Assembly (NCBI GenBank): GCA_040219255.1
Contig: JAVJSW010000030.1
Location: forward strand, 17,794 to 81,793
Direction of reading: 5' to 3'
Origin: Sumerlaeia bacterium
GTDB taxonomy: Bacteria; Sumerlaeota; Sumerlaeia; SLMS01; JAHLLQ01
Length of the DNA stretch: 64,000 nucleotides
Part shown: positions 8,991-18,338 of the stretch, piece after piece
How positions within the stretch are numbered: position 1 is the first letter of the stretch
Layout: each line of letters opens with the position of its first letter
The notes under the pieces: model-generated
What the model saw: only the letters and a program-made list of their open reading frames with translations
Databases searched by the model: none
Told to the model about the DNA's origin: nothing
Program-made: the position numbers and the translations under genes

Positions 8991-9243
8991 TCCCAGAGCC
9001 CCTTGGGAATTTGGAGCGTTCTAAGTCCGGCAAATTGGCGGGGGGAAGCGGAAAAGCCTTCCTATGTCTTTATTCCCCATTGCTCCACCCTCATGTCATT
9101 CTAGTAAATCGCCCCGTCATCGCACGCAGTGCCCGGCTGGAACCCAAGTCGGATCGAACGAGGCCTCGGACAGCTAGCGCTCTTCAACCCCGTGACCTCA
9201 GACACAGTGTGACAATTCGCTACCAAGGAAGGTCTTGAATACT

Positions 9244-10671
9244 ATGAAGCCATCCGACGTGCTCAAGCTCGCAAAAGAGCATGACGTCAAATTTGTGGAC
9301 GTCCGCTTTACGGACTTCCCGGGAACGCAACAGCATTTCACCGTTCCCGTCACCCAGCTCACCGAGGACGTTTTTGAGGACGGGTTCGGCTTCGATGGGT
9401 CCTCGATTCGCGGTTGGCAGAGCATCGACCAGTCCGACATGCTCGTCATCCCCGATCCAAGCACCGCCATGGTGGACCCGTTCTTCAGCCATCCGACCCT
9501 CATCCTGCTCGGTCACATCGTCGACCCCATCACCAAAGAAGCCTACACCCGCGATCCCCGCAATGTCTGCCGCAAGGCCCACGCGTACCTCGAATCCACC
9601 GGCATCGCCGATTCCTGCCTTGTCGGACCGGAACTCGAGTTCTTCGTCTTCAACGAAGCCCGCTACTCCTACGGCCAAAACTCTTCCATGCACCTGGTCA
9701 ACCACCCGGAAGGCCATTGGAACAGCGATGTGGACGAACGGAGCGACTTCGGCCGCCCCAACCTCGGCCGCAAGGTGCCCCCCAAGGGCGGCTACTTCCC
9801 CTGCCCGCCCACCGATCAACTCCAGGACCTGCGTTCCGAAATCGTCGAGATCATGAACGCCGCCGGGATGGACATCGAAACCCATCACCATGAAGTCGCC
9901 AGCGCCGGTCAGTGCGAAATCGACATGCGCTTCGGCCCCATGCTCACCACCGCCGACCGCTGCCTGCTCTACAAGTACATCGTCAAGAGCGTCTGCCAGC
10001 GCCACGGACTCAGCGCCTGCTTCATGCCCAAGCCCCTCTACGGCGATAACGGCTCTGGCATGCACACCCACATGAGCCTCTGGAAGGGCAACACGCCCCT
10101 CTTCGCGGGCGACGGCTACGCCGGTCTGTCCGAATCGGCGTTACACTTCATCGGCGGCATCCTCAAGCACGCCCCCTCGATCCTGGCCTTCTCGAACCCG
10201 ACGGTGAACAGCTACCGCCGTCTCGTTCCGGGCTACGAGGCCCCGGTCAACCTCGCTTACTCGATGCGTAACCGCTCCGCGTCCGTCCGCATCCCCATGT
10301 ACAGCCAGTCGCCCAAGGCCAAGCGCATCGAATTCCGCTGCCCCGATCCGTCCTGCAACCCGTACTACGCCTTCTCCGCCATGCTCATGGCCGGCCTCGA
10401 CGGTATCCAGAACCGGATCGATCCGGGCGAAGCCCTCGACAAGAACATCTACGATCTTCCCGTCGAGTACGCCAAGACCATCCCCAACACACCCTACTCG
10501 CTCGAAGGCGCCCTTCAAGCCCTCGAGGAAGACCACGAGTTCCTCCTCAAGGGTGACGTCTTCACCGAAGACGTGATCGAGACCTGGATCGAACTCAAGA
10601 TGAAGTCCGACGTGGAGCCCTTCCGCCTTCGTCCCCATCCGTACGAGTTCGTGCTCTACTACGACATCTAA
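9244..10671 (+). CDS. glnA: Glutamine synthetase type I
   Basis: [47 protein letters not shown] adenylylation loop. Confidence 0.98.
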   Translation: MKPSDVLKLAKEHDVKFVDVRFTDFPGTQQHFTVPVTQLTEDVFEDGFGFDGSSIRGWQSIDQSDMLVIPDPSTAMVDPFFSHPTLILLGHIVDPITKEAYTRDPRNVCRKAHAYLESTGIADSCLVGPELEFFVFNEARYSYGQNSSMHLVNHPEGHWNSDVDERSDFGRPNLGRKVPPKGGYFPCPPTDQLQDLRSEIVEIMNAAGMDIETHHHEVASAGQCEIDMRFGPMLTTADRCLLYKYIVKSVCQRHGLSACFMPKPLYGDNGSGMHTHMSLWKGNTPLFAGDGYAGLSESALHFIGGILKHAPSILAFSNPTVNSYRRLVPGYEAPVNLAYSMRNRSASVRIPMYSQSPKAKRIEFRCPDPSCNPYYAFSAMLMAGLDGIQNRIDPGEALDKNIYDLPVEYAKTIPNTPYSLEGALQALEEDHEFLLKGDVFTEDVIETWIELKMKSDVEPFRLRPHPYEFVLYYDI

Positions 10672-10728
10672 ACCGCCGCGCGCGTTTTCGCCGCCGGCAC
10701 CATCGACCCACCGAAAGGATAGCCGCCT

Positions 10729-11067
10729 ATGAAAAAGATCGAAGCGATCATCAAGCCGCACAAGATCGAAGACGTGCGCTCCGCACTCGCGGAAATCGGC
10801 ATCGTCGGTCTGACCACGTGGGAATGCCGCGGTTTTGGCCGTCAGAAGGGCCATCAGGAAATCTACCGCGGCAGCGAGTACCAAGTCAGTTTCGTCCCCA
10901 AGATCAAGGTGGAAATCGTTTCTACCGACGATAAGGCCGACGAAGTTGTGGCCGCCATTAGCAAGGCCGCCCAGACCGGCACCATCGGCGACGGAAAAAT
11001 CTTCGTCTCCGACATCGGCGTCGCCATGCGCATCCGCACTGGCGAAACGGGCGAAGACGCGCTGTAG
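10729..11067 (+). CDS. glnB: Nitrogen regulatory protein P-II
   Basis: MKKIEAIIKP, GFGRQKG..EIYRGSEY, GDGKIF, IRTGE. Confidence 0.95.
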   Translation: MKKIEAIIKPHKIEDVRSALAEIGIVGLTTWECRGFGRQKGHQEIYRGSEYQVSFVPKIKVEIVSTDDKADEVVAAISKAAQTGTIGDGKIFVSDIGVAMRIRTGETGEDAL

Positions 11068-11132
11068 ACCACAGCCCACGGCTTCATCCACGCCTCTTCT
11101 TCCGAAGAGGGCGCCTGCCAAAAGACCAAAGC

Positions 11133-11172
11133 AAAGCCCCGGTTTCCACCTTTGGGAACCGGGGCTTTCTTC
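11133..11172 (+). terminator. Rho-independent terminator, probably bidirectional
   Basis: AAAGCCCCGGTT...AACCGGGGCTTT followed by CTTC, between convergent genes. Confidence 0.8.
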
Positions 11173-11216
11173 ATGTGCGCGATGCGCGGCCGCCACCTCG
11201 TTGGGGCGCCCGCGGC

Positions 11217-12254
11217 TCAGCCCTTGTCGAAGTCCAGGTCGAGGTCGAAGGAGGGCATCTCGTCCGACTTCTTCGAGGCCGCCTGACCGTTCGACGGCGT
11301 GTCGGTATCGAAATCCAAAACGTCGTCCATGAAATCCAGGGCGCCGCCTCGGGGGGTGATGTCTTCGTCCCGCTTTTCCTGGGCCGAGTGGCCGGACGAG
11401 TTGGAGGAGGATGCGGGGGGCGGGGGCGGCGACCCCGATGGCGGGAAATCGTTCTGGGAATCGAGAGCGCCCAGGGCTCCTCCTCCGCCGTCTCCGCCTC
11501 CGGCCCGCTCTCTTTTCAGGGCTTCCGCCGCGGCGCCATCGCCCTCGTCGATCACGCGGGCCGCTTCCAGGATCAGCAACTCCGTCGGGATATCGTTCGT
11601 TTTCTCCGCCGACAGCAGCGCGTCGTAAACGTAGATGCGACCTTCGCTCCACCGCATCAGGTCCAGCATGGCCGGGAAGCCCTGCATCGCGCCGGCCTCG
11701 ATGTGGGTGACTTGTCCGCCGTTGATGTAGATGGATCCGACGCGGCCGTCGTTGGCGAAAATGCGCAGCGTGCGGTGGCAGCGCTTCTGATAGAACATCT
11801 GTACCAGGTCGAGCAGCTCCAGCCCGTGCAAGTGGGGGTGGTCGGGAATTTCGGGAAAGAGGAGTTGGTTGATCATGCGTGTCAACCAGTCCGTGGCGAT
11901 AGGGCGGGGGCAGATGGCGGAGGCGCCGCGCTTGAGCGCTTCGTCGCGCATTCCGGGGCGCATGCCGCTCTTTCCGCCGCCGCCGATAAAGATCAGGAAA
12001 TTGTCCGGGCCGATCTGCTCGCGGATGGGATCGATCATGTCGAGCCCCATCACGTCGGGAAGGCGCTGATCGAGGAGGACGATGCGAGGACGATTCATCG
12101 CCAGGCTCATCGCGTCGAAGCCCGAGTGGGCTCGATAGATTTCCATCTGGCTGGGAAAAGTCTGATTGAGATGCTGCTCCAACTCGACAGCTTCATCCGC
12201 TTTTCCCAAAGCGAGCAGGATGACGATGGTTTCGGATTCGCTGGCGCTGAGCAT
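11217..12254 (-). CDS. Atypical receiver domain + DUF4388 (PatA-N-like) protein with acidic tail
   Basis: IVLLDQRLPDVMG receiver; L.GLELLDLVQM...GSIYINGGQVTH...W..G DUF4388 pattern. Confidence 0.75.
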   Translation of the reverse strand: MLSASESETIVILLALGKADEAVELEQHLNQTFPSQMEIYRAHSGFDAMSLAMNRPRIVLLDQRLPDVMGLDMIDPIREQIGPDNFLIFIGGGGKSGMRPGMRDEALKRGASAICPRPIATDWLTRMINQLLFPEIPDHPHLHGLELLDLVQMFYQKRCHRTLRIFANDGRVGSIYINGGQVTHIEAGAMQGFPAMLDLMRWSEGRIYVYDALLSAEKTNDIPTELLILEAARVIDEGDGAAAEALKRERAGGGDGGGGALGALDSQNDFPPSGSPPPPPASSSNSSGHSAQEKRDEDITPRGGALDFMDDVLDFDTDTPSNGQAASKKSDEMPSFDLDLDFDKG

Positions 12255-12344
12255 TACGCCTCAATCGGGTGAAGTGCGGGTTTCCCCAGGGGAATCTAAG
12301 CCGCTGCCATCTCGAAACTCTTCCCGGCGCGACGATCAAAGGCT

Positions 12345-12374
12345 AGTGTTGGGAGATGCTTTGGGCAATGTCAA
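12345..12374 (-). promoter_or_regulatory. Possible sigma70 promoter for the REC-DUF4388 gene
   Basis: TTGACA-N18-AACACT on the minus strand. Confidence 0.35.
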
Positions 12375-12406
12375 TGCGCGAGAAGGCACAAATTTTCTTT
12401 TCTCCT

Positions 12407-13156
12407 TCAATCGAGTTTTCTTCGTTCGCCCGCCGTCAGGGGACGCATCGATCCCGGACGCAAATCCCCCAACTCCAACGACCCAACGCGAACCCGCCGC
12501 AGGCGCCGGACGCCCGCACCCACCTCCTCGATCATGCGCCGGATTTGCCGGTTCTTGCCTTCCCGCAGCACGATCCGGTACAGGCAATCCTCCTGCGCGA
12601 GCGCCTCCACCAAGGCCGGCCGGGTGGCCGTTTCCGCCCCGCTCCGAATCCCCGGCAGCACCATCCCGCCACGCAATTGAGCCAGTTCCTCCTCCGCCAG
12701 CGCACGCATCGTCCACAGCCAGTATTCCTTCTCCACCACGTGGCGCGGATGCGTCAGCCGATTCGCCAGGTCTCCATCGGTGGTCAGCAGCAACAGCCCC
12801 TCGCTCATGTAATCGAGCCGCCCGACGTACACCAGTCGATCGCGGATGGGGCGGAATTTGGGGGGCACGAATTCGAAGACGGTGCGGCGATTCTCCGGAT
12901 CGTCGCGGCTCACCAGGACCCGCGGCGGCTTGTTCAGCATCAGCGTCACCGATTCTTCCACCGCGAAATGCAGCGCCGTCCCGTCCACTTCGACTCGGTC
13001 GGTGCGGGGATCGATGCGCCGCGAGAGATCGGTCTCCGGCTCGCCGTTGACACGTACACGGCCGGCGGAAATCAGATCGCCCGCCTTGCGCCGCGACGCC
13101 ACGCCACAGCGTGCCAGGAATTGGCCGAGGCGAAAGGTGTCGTCCGTGGGGGTCAT
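12407..13156 (-). CDS. rluB: rRNA pseudouridine synthase (RluB/RsuA family)
   Basis: RLGQFLARCGVASRR S4 domain, LNKP, VGRLD..SEGLLLLT, EGKNRQIRRM; follows scpB. The 664-aa track ORF is over-extended. Confidence 0.9.
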   Translation of the reverse strand: MTPTDDTFRLGQFLARCGVASRRKAGDLISAGRVRVNGEPETDLSRRIDPRTDRVEVDGTALHFAVEESVTLMLNKPPRVLVSRDDPENRRTVFEFVPPKFRPIRDRLVYVGRLDYMSEGLLLLTTDGDLANRLTHPRHVVEKEYWLWTMRALAEEELAQLRGGMVLPGIRSGAETATRPALVEALAQEDCLYRIVLREGKNRQIRRMIEEVGAGVRRLRRVRVGSLELGDLRPGSMRPLTAGERRKLD

Positions 13157-13788
13157 GAGGTGCCTTCTTCCGGTCCAGCGGTCAGCAGATTGCGCAACTC
13201 GGAAACGGACGGCAATTCGTCCAGATTCCTGAGCCCAAAGGTCTTGAGGAACGACTCGGTCGTTCCATAGAGCGTCGGCCGGCCCACCGTTTCCCGGTGG
13301 CCGACGGATTCGATGAGTCCCGCGTCGAGGAGCGAGCGCAGCACGCCGCCGCAATCGACGCCCCGCACGCTCTCCACTTCGGCTTTCGTGAGGGGTTGTT
13401 TGTAAGCCACGATCGCCAGCGTTTCCATCACGGCGGGGGAGAGGGACATGCGCTTGCGGTGCTTGTGGAGTGACAGCACGTAGTCTGCCATTTCCGGTTT
13501 GGTGGCCATTTGCCATCCGCCCGCCACCTCCATCAGCATCAGGCCCCGGCCCGGCTGGCCATAGCGCTCCTCCAGGAGGGAGAAGGCGGCCTTGATGTCG
13601 GGCTCCGGCGCTCCGCCGAGAAGTTGGCTCAGGCGCTTGGGGGTCATCGGCTCGGTGGCGGCGAAGAGCAGGGCCTCGACCGCCGCGAGGAGCACCTCGC
13701 CGGTGGGGGCGGGGATTTCCGATTCTTCCATCAGGGGCGGGGAAGCGGGATTCTTTTCCGCGGGGGCTGGAGAGGGCGCGTCGCTCAT
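13153..13788 (-). CDS. scpB: SMC-Scp complex subunit ScpB
   Basis: VEALLFA, ETLAIVAYKQP.T..EVE.VRGV, GRP.LYGTT..FL..FGL. Confidence 0.95.
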   Translation of the reverse strand: MSDAPSPAPAEKNPASPPLMEESEIPAPTGEVLLAAVEALLFAATEPMTPKRLSQLLGGAPEPDIKAAFSLLEERYGQPGRGLMLMEVAGGWQMATKPEMADYVLSLHKHRKRMSLSPAVMETLAIVAYKQPLTKAEVESVRGVDCGGVLRSLLDAGLIESVGHRETVGRPTLYGTTESFLKTFGLRNLDELPSVSELRNLLTAGPEEGTS

Positions 13789-13880
13789 GGGCGGCAATTG
13801 CAAAGCCAACGGCCCCAAGAATCAAGGGGTGAGTTGATGGTTCACTCCGGGGCGCGAAGGGTTCCCGGGAGGGTTGAGCT

Positions 13881-14690
13881 TCAGCCGACGGCCACGACCT
13901 GCTCGTCCCAGGGGGCGATGAGGATGTCGTCGCCGGGGCCGGCCTGGGCGATGGTGATTTCCCGCAGGCGGGCCATTTCCAGGAGGGCGAGGAGGAAGCA
14001 GACGATTTCCTCCTTGTCGCCGCTGCGTTCGAACAGGCGGGCCATATTGATCTGGGCGCCCTGGCCGGCGGCGACGGCGTCGCGGAGGCGGGTGCGCAGG
14101 TCGGCGATTTTTTCTTCGACGGTGAAACGCTCGCGCACGACGTGGTGTTCGGCGGGACTTTGGCGGATTTGTGACAGAACACGGGAAAACGCGTCGAAGA
14201 GGGCGCGGATGTCCTGGCGGGGCAGTTCGTTTTCGTCCTCGGCGCCGGGGACGATGCTGATGACCTGGGCGCGGTAGAAGACGCCGCTGTTGGCTTGCTC
14301 GAGATGGCGCAGGCTCGACGCCGCCTCCTTGATTTTGCGGTAGGCGACGAGGCGGCGGATGAGATCGCTGGCGGAGAGGATTTCATCGACTTCCTCCTCA
14401 TCCTCCTGTTGTTCTTCCTCGCGCTGGGGCAGGAGCGAGCGGCTCTTGATGTTGAGCAGGGTGGCTGCCATGACCAGGAAATCGCCGGCCACGTCGAGGT
14501 CCAGATCGGTCATCGCGTTCAGGTAGTCGATATACTGGCGCGTGATGGTGAAGATGGAGATGTCCTCGATTTCCATCTCGTTGATTTTCACGAGGTGGAG
14601 AAGCAGGTCGAGGGGCCCTTCGAAAACCGGGAGGACGACGCGCTTGGGATAGGGGGAGTAGACTTCTTCGACGGGGAGGGCGGACATCAT
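13881..14690 (-). CDS. scpA: Segregation and condensation protein ScpA
   Basis: FEGPLDLLLHL, FLVMAATLL.IKSR.LLP, FLALLE-like motif. Confidence 0.95.
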   Translation of the reverse strand: MMSALPVEEVYSPYPKRVVLPVFEGPLDLLLHLVKINEMEIEDISIFTITRQYIDYLNAMTDLDLDVAGDFLVMAATLLNIKSRSLLPQREEEQQEDEEEVDEILSASDLIRRLVAYRKIKEAASSLRHLEQANSGVFYRAQVISIVPGAEDENELPRQDIRALFDAFSRVLSQIRQSPAEHHVVRERFTVEEKIADLRTRLRDAVAAGQGAQINMARLFERSGDKEEIVCFLLALLEMARLREITIAQAGPGDDILIAPWDEQVVAVG

Positions 14691-14775
14691 GGCAACGGGT
14701 TCCGGTGAATGCTGTGGAAAACAGGCTAGGTTTTTCCACAGCGGCGATCAAGAGGATCGTGAAGCTCGGGAAAAA

Positions 14776-15081
14776 TTATCGTGCCTTTTCTTGCGCGGAC
14801 CGCTTGGCACGGGGCTTTCGGGGCGGTGCCTCCTCGAGCACGCGGTCGCCGTGCTTCTCGCGCCATCGAGCACGGTCGAGCCAGAGGCCCGAGCCGCGCT
14901 GGCCGGCGGAGCACTCGCAGAATTGGAGTTGAGCCCGGCCGCGGTTGGGGACTTGGGCGGGCCGGCCGCAGAAGCCGCAGACCAGCGAGTTGAGGTGTTT
15001 TCGGTAGGCGGTGACGTCCCACATGGAGGGGAAGCGGTGGCGCTCGGGCGGGCAGTTCTCAGTGGGCGGAGTGGGGGACAT
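14776..15081 (-). CDS. Hypothetical small protein with possible Zn finger
   Basis: CGFC...CEC; basic tail; GAGG upstream. Confidence 0.45.
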   Translation of the reverse strand: MSPTPPTENCPPERHRFPSMWDVTAYRKHLNSLVCGFCGRPAQVPNRGRAQLQFCECSAGQRGSGLWLDRARWREKHGDRVLEEAPPRKPRAKRSAQEKAR

Positions 15082-15269
15082 GGGAGGGAAAACCTCGCGG
15101 CTGTGATTTACGCTTTACCTTCGCATAGAGGGGTTGGGTTTGTCAAGGGGGTGGTTTGCTTTATTTTCGCTTATTGGAGCGGGTCCAGTCTGTGCTTGAG
15201 TCCCCGCGGGCCCGGTCCTACCCCCTTCACATCGCGAGATCGCACTGGCTGCCGCCGTCCCCCTTCCCC

Positions 15270-17009
15270 ATGCTCCGCCTCGAAGCCTCCTCAACCGACC
15301 TTCATCCCGCCAAGATGGGCGCTCCCTTGTGGCGTTCGGAGGGGTTGCTGGCCGGCTGTCTGTTCCTGATGGCGGCGATTCTGTACTCCGCCGGGTTAAT
15401 GGAAACCGGTTTCGAGGGCCAGGACGAGCGGCGCTACGCCGTGGTGGCGAAGGAGATCGGCCCGGGCGCGGGCGAGGGTTCGGTGCGGGGCGGGGGTCTG
15501 GCGTCGTACTTTGTGATGACCCATATGGGAGAACTCTACCCGGACAAGCCGCCGCTGTTTTTCTGGGCGCAGCGTTTGAGCTACGCGGTGTGGGGGGGAG
15601 TGAGCCCGTGGGCGGCGCGGTTTCCGTTGTTTCTGGCGGCGATGGGGGCGTTGATCTTCGTGTACTTGGCGTTGCGCCAGGCGGAGGGGGCGGCGGTGGC
15701 GCTGGCGGGGACGGGGTTGCTGATGCTGGCGGGGCGTTTCGTGTGGGCCAGCCATTGGGCGCGGCTCGACATTCCGATGTGTTTTTTCGTGTTCGGGGCG
15801 CTGTGGTGTTCGATGCGTCTGCTGTTTCCGCGAGAGGGTCAGGATCCCGGTGTGCGCTGGGCCGTGCTGGCGTGGGTCTTCGCGGGGTTGGCGATTCTGG
15901 CGAAGGGGCCGGGCGGGCCACTATGGATGATTCTGGTGGCTCTGTTCGCGGCGGTGCGGCGGGATTGGGGGGTGGTGCGGGTGCATCGGCCGCTGCTGGG
16001 CGTGCCGATCATGCTGGCGATTCCGGCGCTGTGGTTCGTGCCGGCGGCGCTGCTGGGGGGCGAGGACTACATCGGGCCGATGATCGGCACGCACGTGGTG
16101 GAGCGCGCCGTGGGGATCGTGCGTCACGGCGAACCTTGGTATTATTTCTTCGAACGCATCGCCTATGACAGTGCGCCTCTGGGGCTTTGCCTGCCGGCGG
16201 CGTTGTGGTTCGCGTGGTGGCGGCGGAGGAATGGCGCGGCGGGCGATGGCGACCGGGCGCGGGAGTCGTTCTGGCTGGTTTGGTTGATCGGGGGATTGAT
16301 ATTGTTCAGTTTACCTCAGGGGAAGCGGACGCTGTACATCCTGCCTCTGTACCCGGCGCTGGCGGCGCTGGTGGGCCGGTTCTTCATTGCGGCGGCGCAA
16401 TCGGGGGCGCCGCTGTTCCTGGCACGGCTGGCGCGGGCGCACCTGGCCGCCTTCGCGTTCGTTGGTGTGGCGCTGGGTGTGGCGCTGTTGCTGGGATTGC
16501 GGCCCGAGCCGTCGGATCATTATCCGGCGCCGATGGGGGAGGGTCTGGCGCTGGTTCTGGCGTGGACTGCGTCGCTCGGAGGAGCGGTGGTCTTCGCGGC
16601 CCTTTGGCAGAGGCGGACCGTCCTGCCGTTCGCCAGCCTCGTCGTCTGTGTCTGGCTGCTTGAGGTATTGGCTTTCACCTTCTACTTTCCGCCTCAGCGC
16701 GACGACGCGGTGTTGCGGGAAGTGGCCGAGGTGACGGACGCGCAGGGCGGCGAGCGGCTTCTAGTGCTGGGCCGCGAGAACGTGTTCGGGCTGTACGGTT
16801 CGCTGCCATGCGTGGTGGCGCCGGACGACGTTATCGGCGCGGCGGCGGAGGTCATCGCGGCCCATCCGGGCAGCCCGCTGGTGACCTATCAAGGCAACTT
16901 CAAGAGCTATTCGGAGTTCCACTTTTCGGTGCCGGAGTGGACGCTGATCGCGAGTTGGCGCGATCCGGTGGCGAACGAGACGATTTTGCTGTTCGATCCG
17001 CACCGGTAG
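15270..17009 (+). CDS. ArnT/PMT-like GT-C fold glycosyltransferase
   Basis: DE.RY, Y.DKPPLFFW, ARLD, LAKGP, H.EPWYY, K...YILP.YP; start uncertain (15270 or 15315). Confidence 0.85.
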   Translation: MLRLEASSTDLHPAKMGAPLWRSEGLLAGCLFLMAAILYSAGLMETGFEGQDERRYAVVAKEIGPGAGEGSVRGGGLASYFVMTHMGELYPDKPPLFFWAQRLSYAVWGGVSPWAARFPLFLAAMGALIFVYLALRQAEGAAVALAGTGLLMLAGRFVWASHWARLDIPMCFFVFGALWCSMRLLFPREGQDPGVRWAVLAWVFAGLAILAKGPGGPLWMILVALFAAVRRDWGVVRVHRPLLGVPIMLAIPALWFVPAALLGGEDYIGPMIGTHVVERAVGIVRHGEPWYYFFERIAYDSAPLGLCLPAALWFAWWRRRNGAAGDGDRARESFWLVWLIGGLILFSLPQGKRTLYILPLYPALAALVGRFFIAAAQSGAPLFLARLARAHLAAFAFVGVALGVALLLGLRPEPSDHYPAPMGEGLALVLAWTASLGGAVVFAALWQRRTVLPFASLVVCVWLLEVLAFTFYFPPQRDDAVLREVAEVTDAQGGERLLVLGRENVFGLYGSLPCVVAPDDVIGAAAEVIAAHPGSPLVTYQGNFKSYSEFHFSVPEWTLIASWRDPVANETILLFDPHR

Positions 17010-17070
17010 TCAGTCTTCTGGAACGAAGGTTGCACACGGGGCGGACATCCTTTCGCCTTCGAGGTCCATC

Positions 17071-18210
17071 ATGTTTCCTTCCCGTTTCGCTTTCCTGTGC
17101 GCCGCCGCGCTGCCTTGGCTTGGCGCCGGGACCGCCCTGGAGGCGGAGCCCGCACCTTCCGCCGGGGAAAGGCTCCACGCCGTGGCCGATTTCGCAGATC
17201 GGCAGGCTACCGGCGTCACGGTCAGTTCGGACGGCCGGGTCTTCGTCTGCTTCCCGCGATGGAGTCCGAACCTCGCGATGTCGGTGGGGGAGGTTTATCC
17301 CGATGGGACTTTGCAGCCTTTTCCGAACGAGCGCTGGAACGAATGGGAGCCGGGGACGGACGATCCGAACCGGTTCGTTTGCGTCCAGAGCGTCGTCGTG
17401 GCGCCCGACGGGCGGCTGTTCGCGCTCGATCCGGCGTCGCCGTTCATGGAGGGCGTGGTCGAGCGCGGGGCGCGGCTGTTCGGTTTCAACCTGGACGAGC
17501 GGGTGCCCGACGGGGCCTACGGGTTCCCGGACGACATCGCGCCGAAGAACAGCTATTTGAACGATGTGCGCTTCGATCCGGGGATGACCCACGCGTATAT
17601 CACGGACTCGGGGACGGGAGCGCTGGTGGTGCTCGACCTGGAGTCGGGCGAGAGCCGGCGCGTTTTGGCGCAGCATTCTTCGACGCAGGCCGAAGACGTC
17701 ACACCAGTCATTGGCGGTCGTCCCTTCGTGGTGAGCGAGACGGGCGAGACGCCGAAGATCCACGCCGACGGTATCGCGATTTCGGAGGATGGGGAGACGC
17801 TGTTCTTCCACGCCCTGACCGCCTACCATCTCTACGCGATCCCGACGGCTAAACTGAAGGATTTCAGTCTTTCCGAAGACGAACTGGCGGCGGCGGTGCG
17901 GGATCTCGGCGAGACGCACGTGACGGACGGCATGCACCGGGGGACGGCGGCGCTGGGCGGTGCGGATGCGATTCTGCACACGGCGCTGGAGAAGGACGCC
18001 ATCACGGCGTGGAGCCCGGGCACCGGCGCCATGTCGACGGTGCTGCAGGACCCGCGGTTGATCTGGCCGGACACGTTGGCAGTGGGGCCGGATGGATCGC
18101 TGTTCATCACGGCGGCGCAGATTCATAACGCGCCGCGGTTCAATGAGGGCGAGAATCGGCGGATTCACCCTTATGTGCTATGGCGGCTGGCTCCTGGCGA
18201 AGAGTTTTAG
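17071..18210 (+). CDS. Secreted major royal jelly / L-dopachrome tautomerase-related beta-propeller
   Basis: Signal peptide; TGVTVS..GRVFV.FPRW, CVQSV, YLNDVR, YITDSG, DGIA, WPDT. Confidence 0.85.
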   Translation: MFPSRFAFLCAAALPWLGAGTALEAEPAPSAGERLHAVADFADRQATGVTVSSDGRVFVCFPRWSPNLAMSVGEVYPDGTLQPFPNERWNEWEPGTDDPNRFVCVQSVVVAPDGRLFALDPASPFMEGVVERGARLFGFNLDERVPDGAYGFPDDIAPKNSYLNDVRFDPGMTHAYITDSGTGALVVLDLESGESRRVLAQHSSTQAEDVTPVIGGRPFVVSETGETPKIHADGIAISEDGETLFFHALTAYHLYAIPTAKLKDFSLSEDELAAAVRDLGETHVTDGMHRGTAALGGADAILHTALEKDAITAWSPGTGAMSTVLQDPRLIWPDTLAVGPDGSLFITAAQIHNAPRFNEGENRRIHPYVLWRLAPGEEF

Positions 18211-18338
18211 CGCCAGGACAGGAGTGGGATGATGGTAGATTTCCGCCGGACAAGCCTTGAAATGCGCGGGGCTTTCGGAGACAACGCGGCCCTTGCGGTG
18301 TCCGAGCCGCCGAATTCCGACCGGGGAGCGTCCCGTTT

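Noticed and set aside
9100-9243. Possible glutamine (glnA) riboswitch upstream of glnA
   Set aside because: Only a short hairpin is visible and the conserved glnA-motif nucleotides were not found.
12407-14401. 664-aa ORF suggesting an extended RluB
   Set aside because: The upstream part overlaps scpA and scpB in another frame; the real start is ATG 13156.
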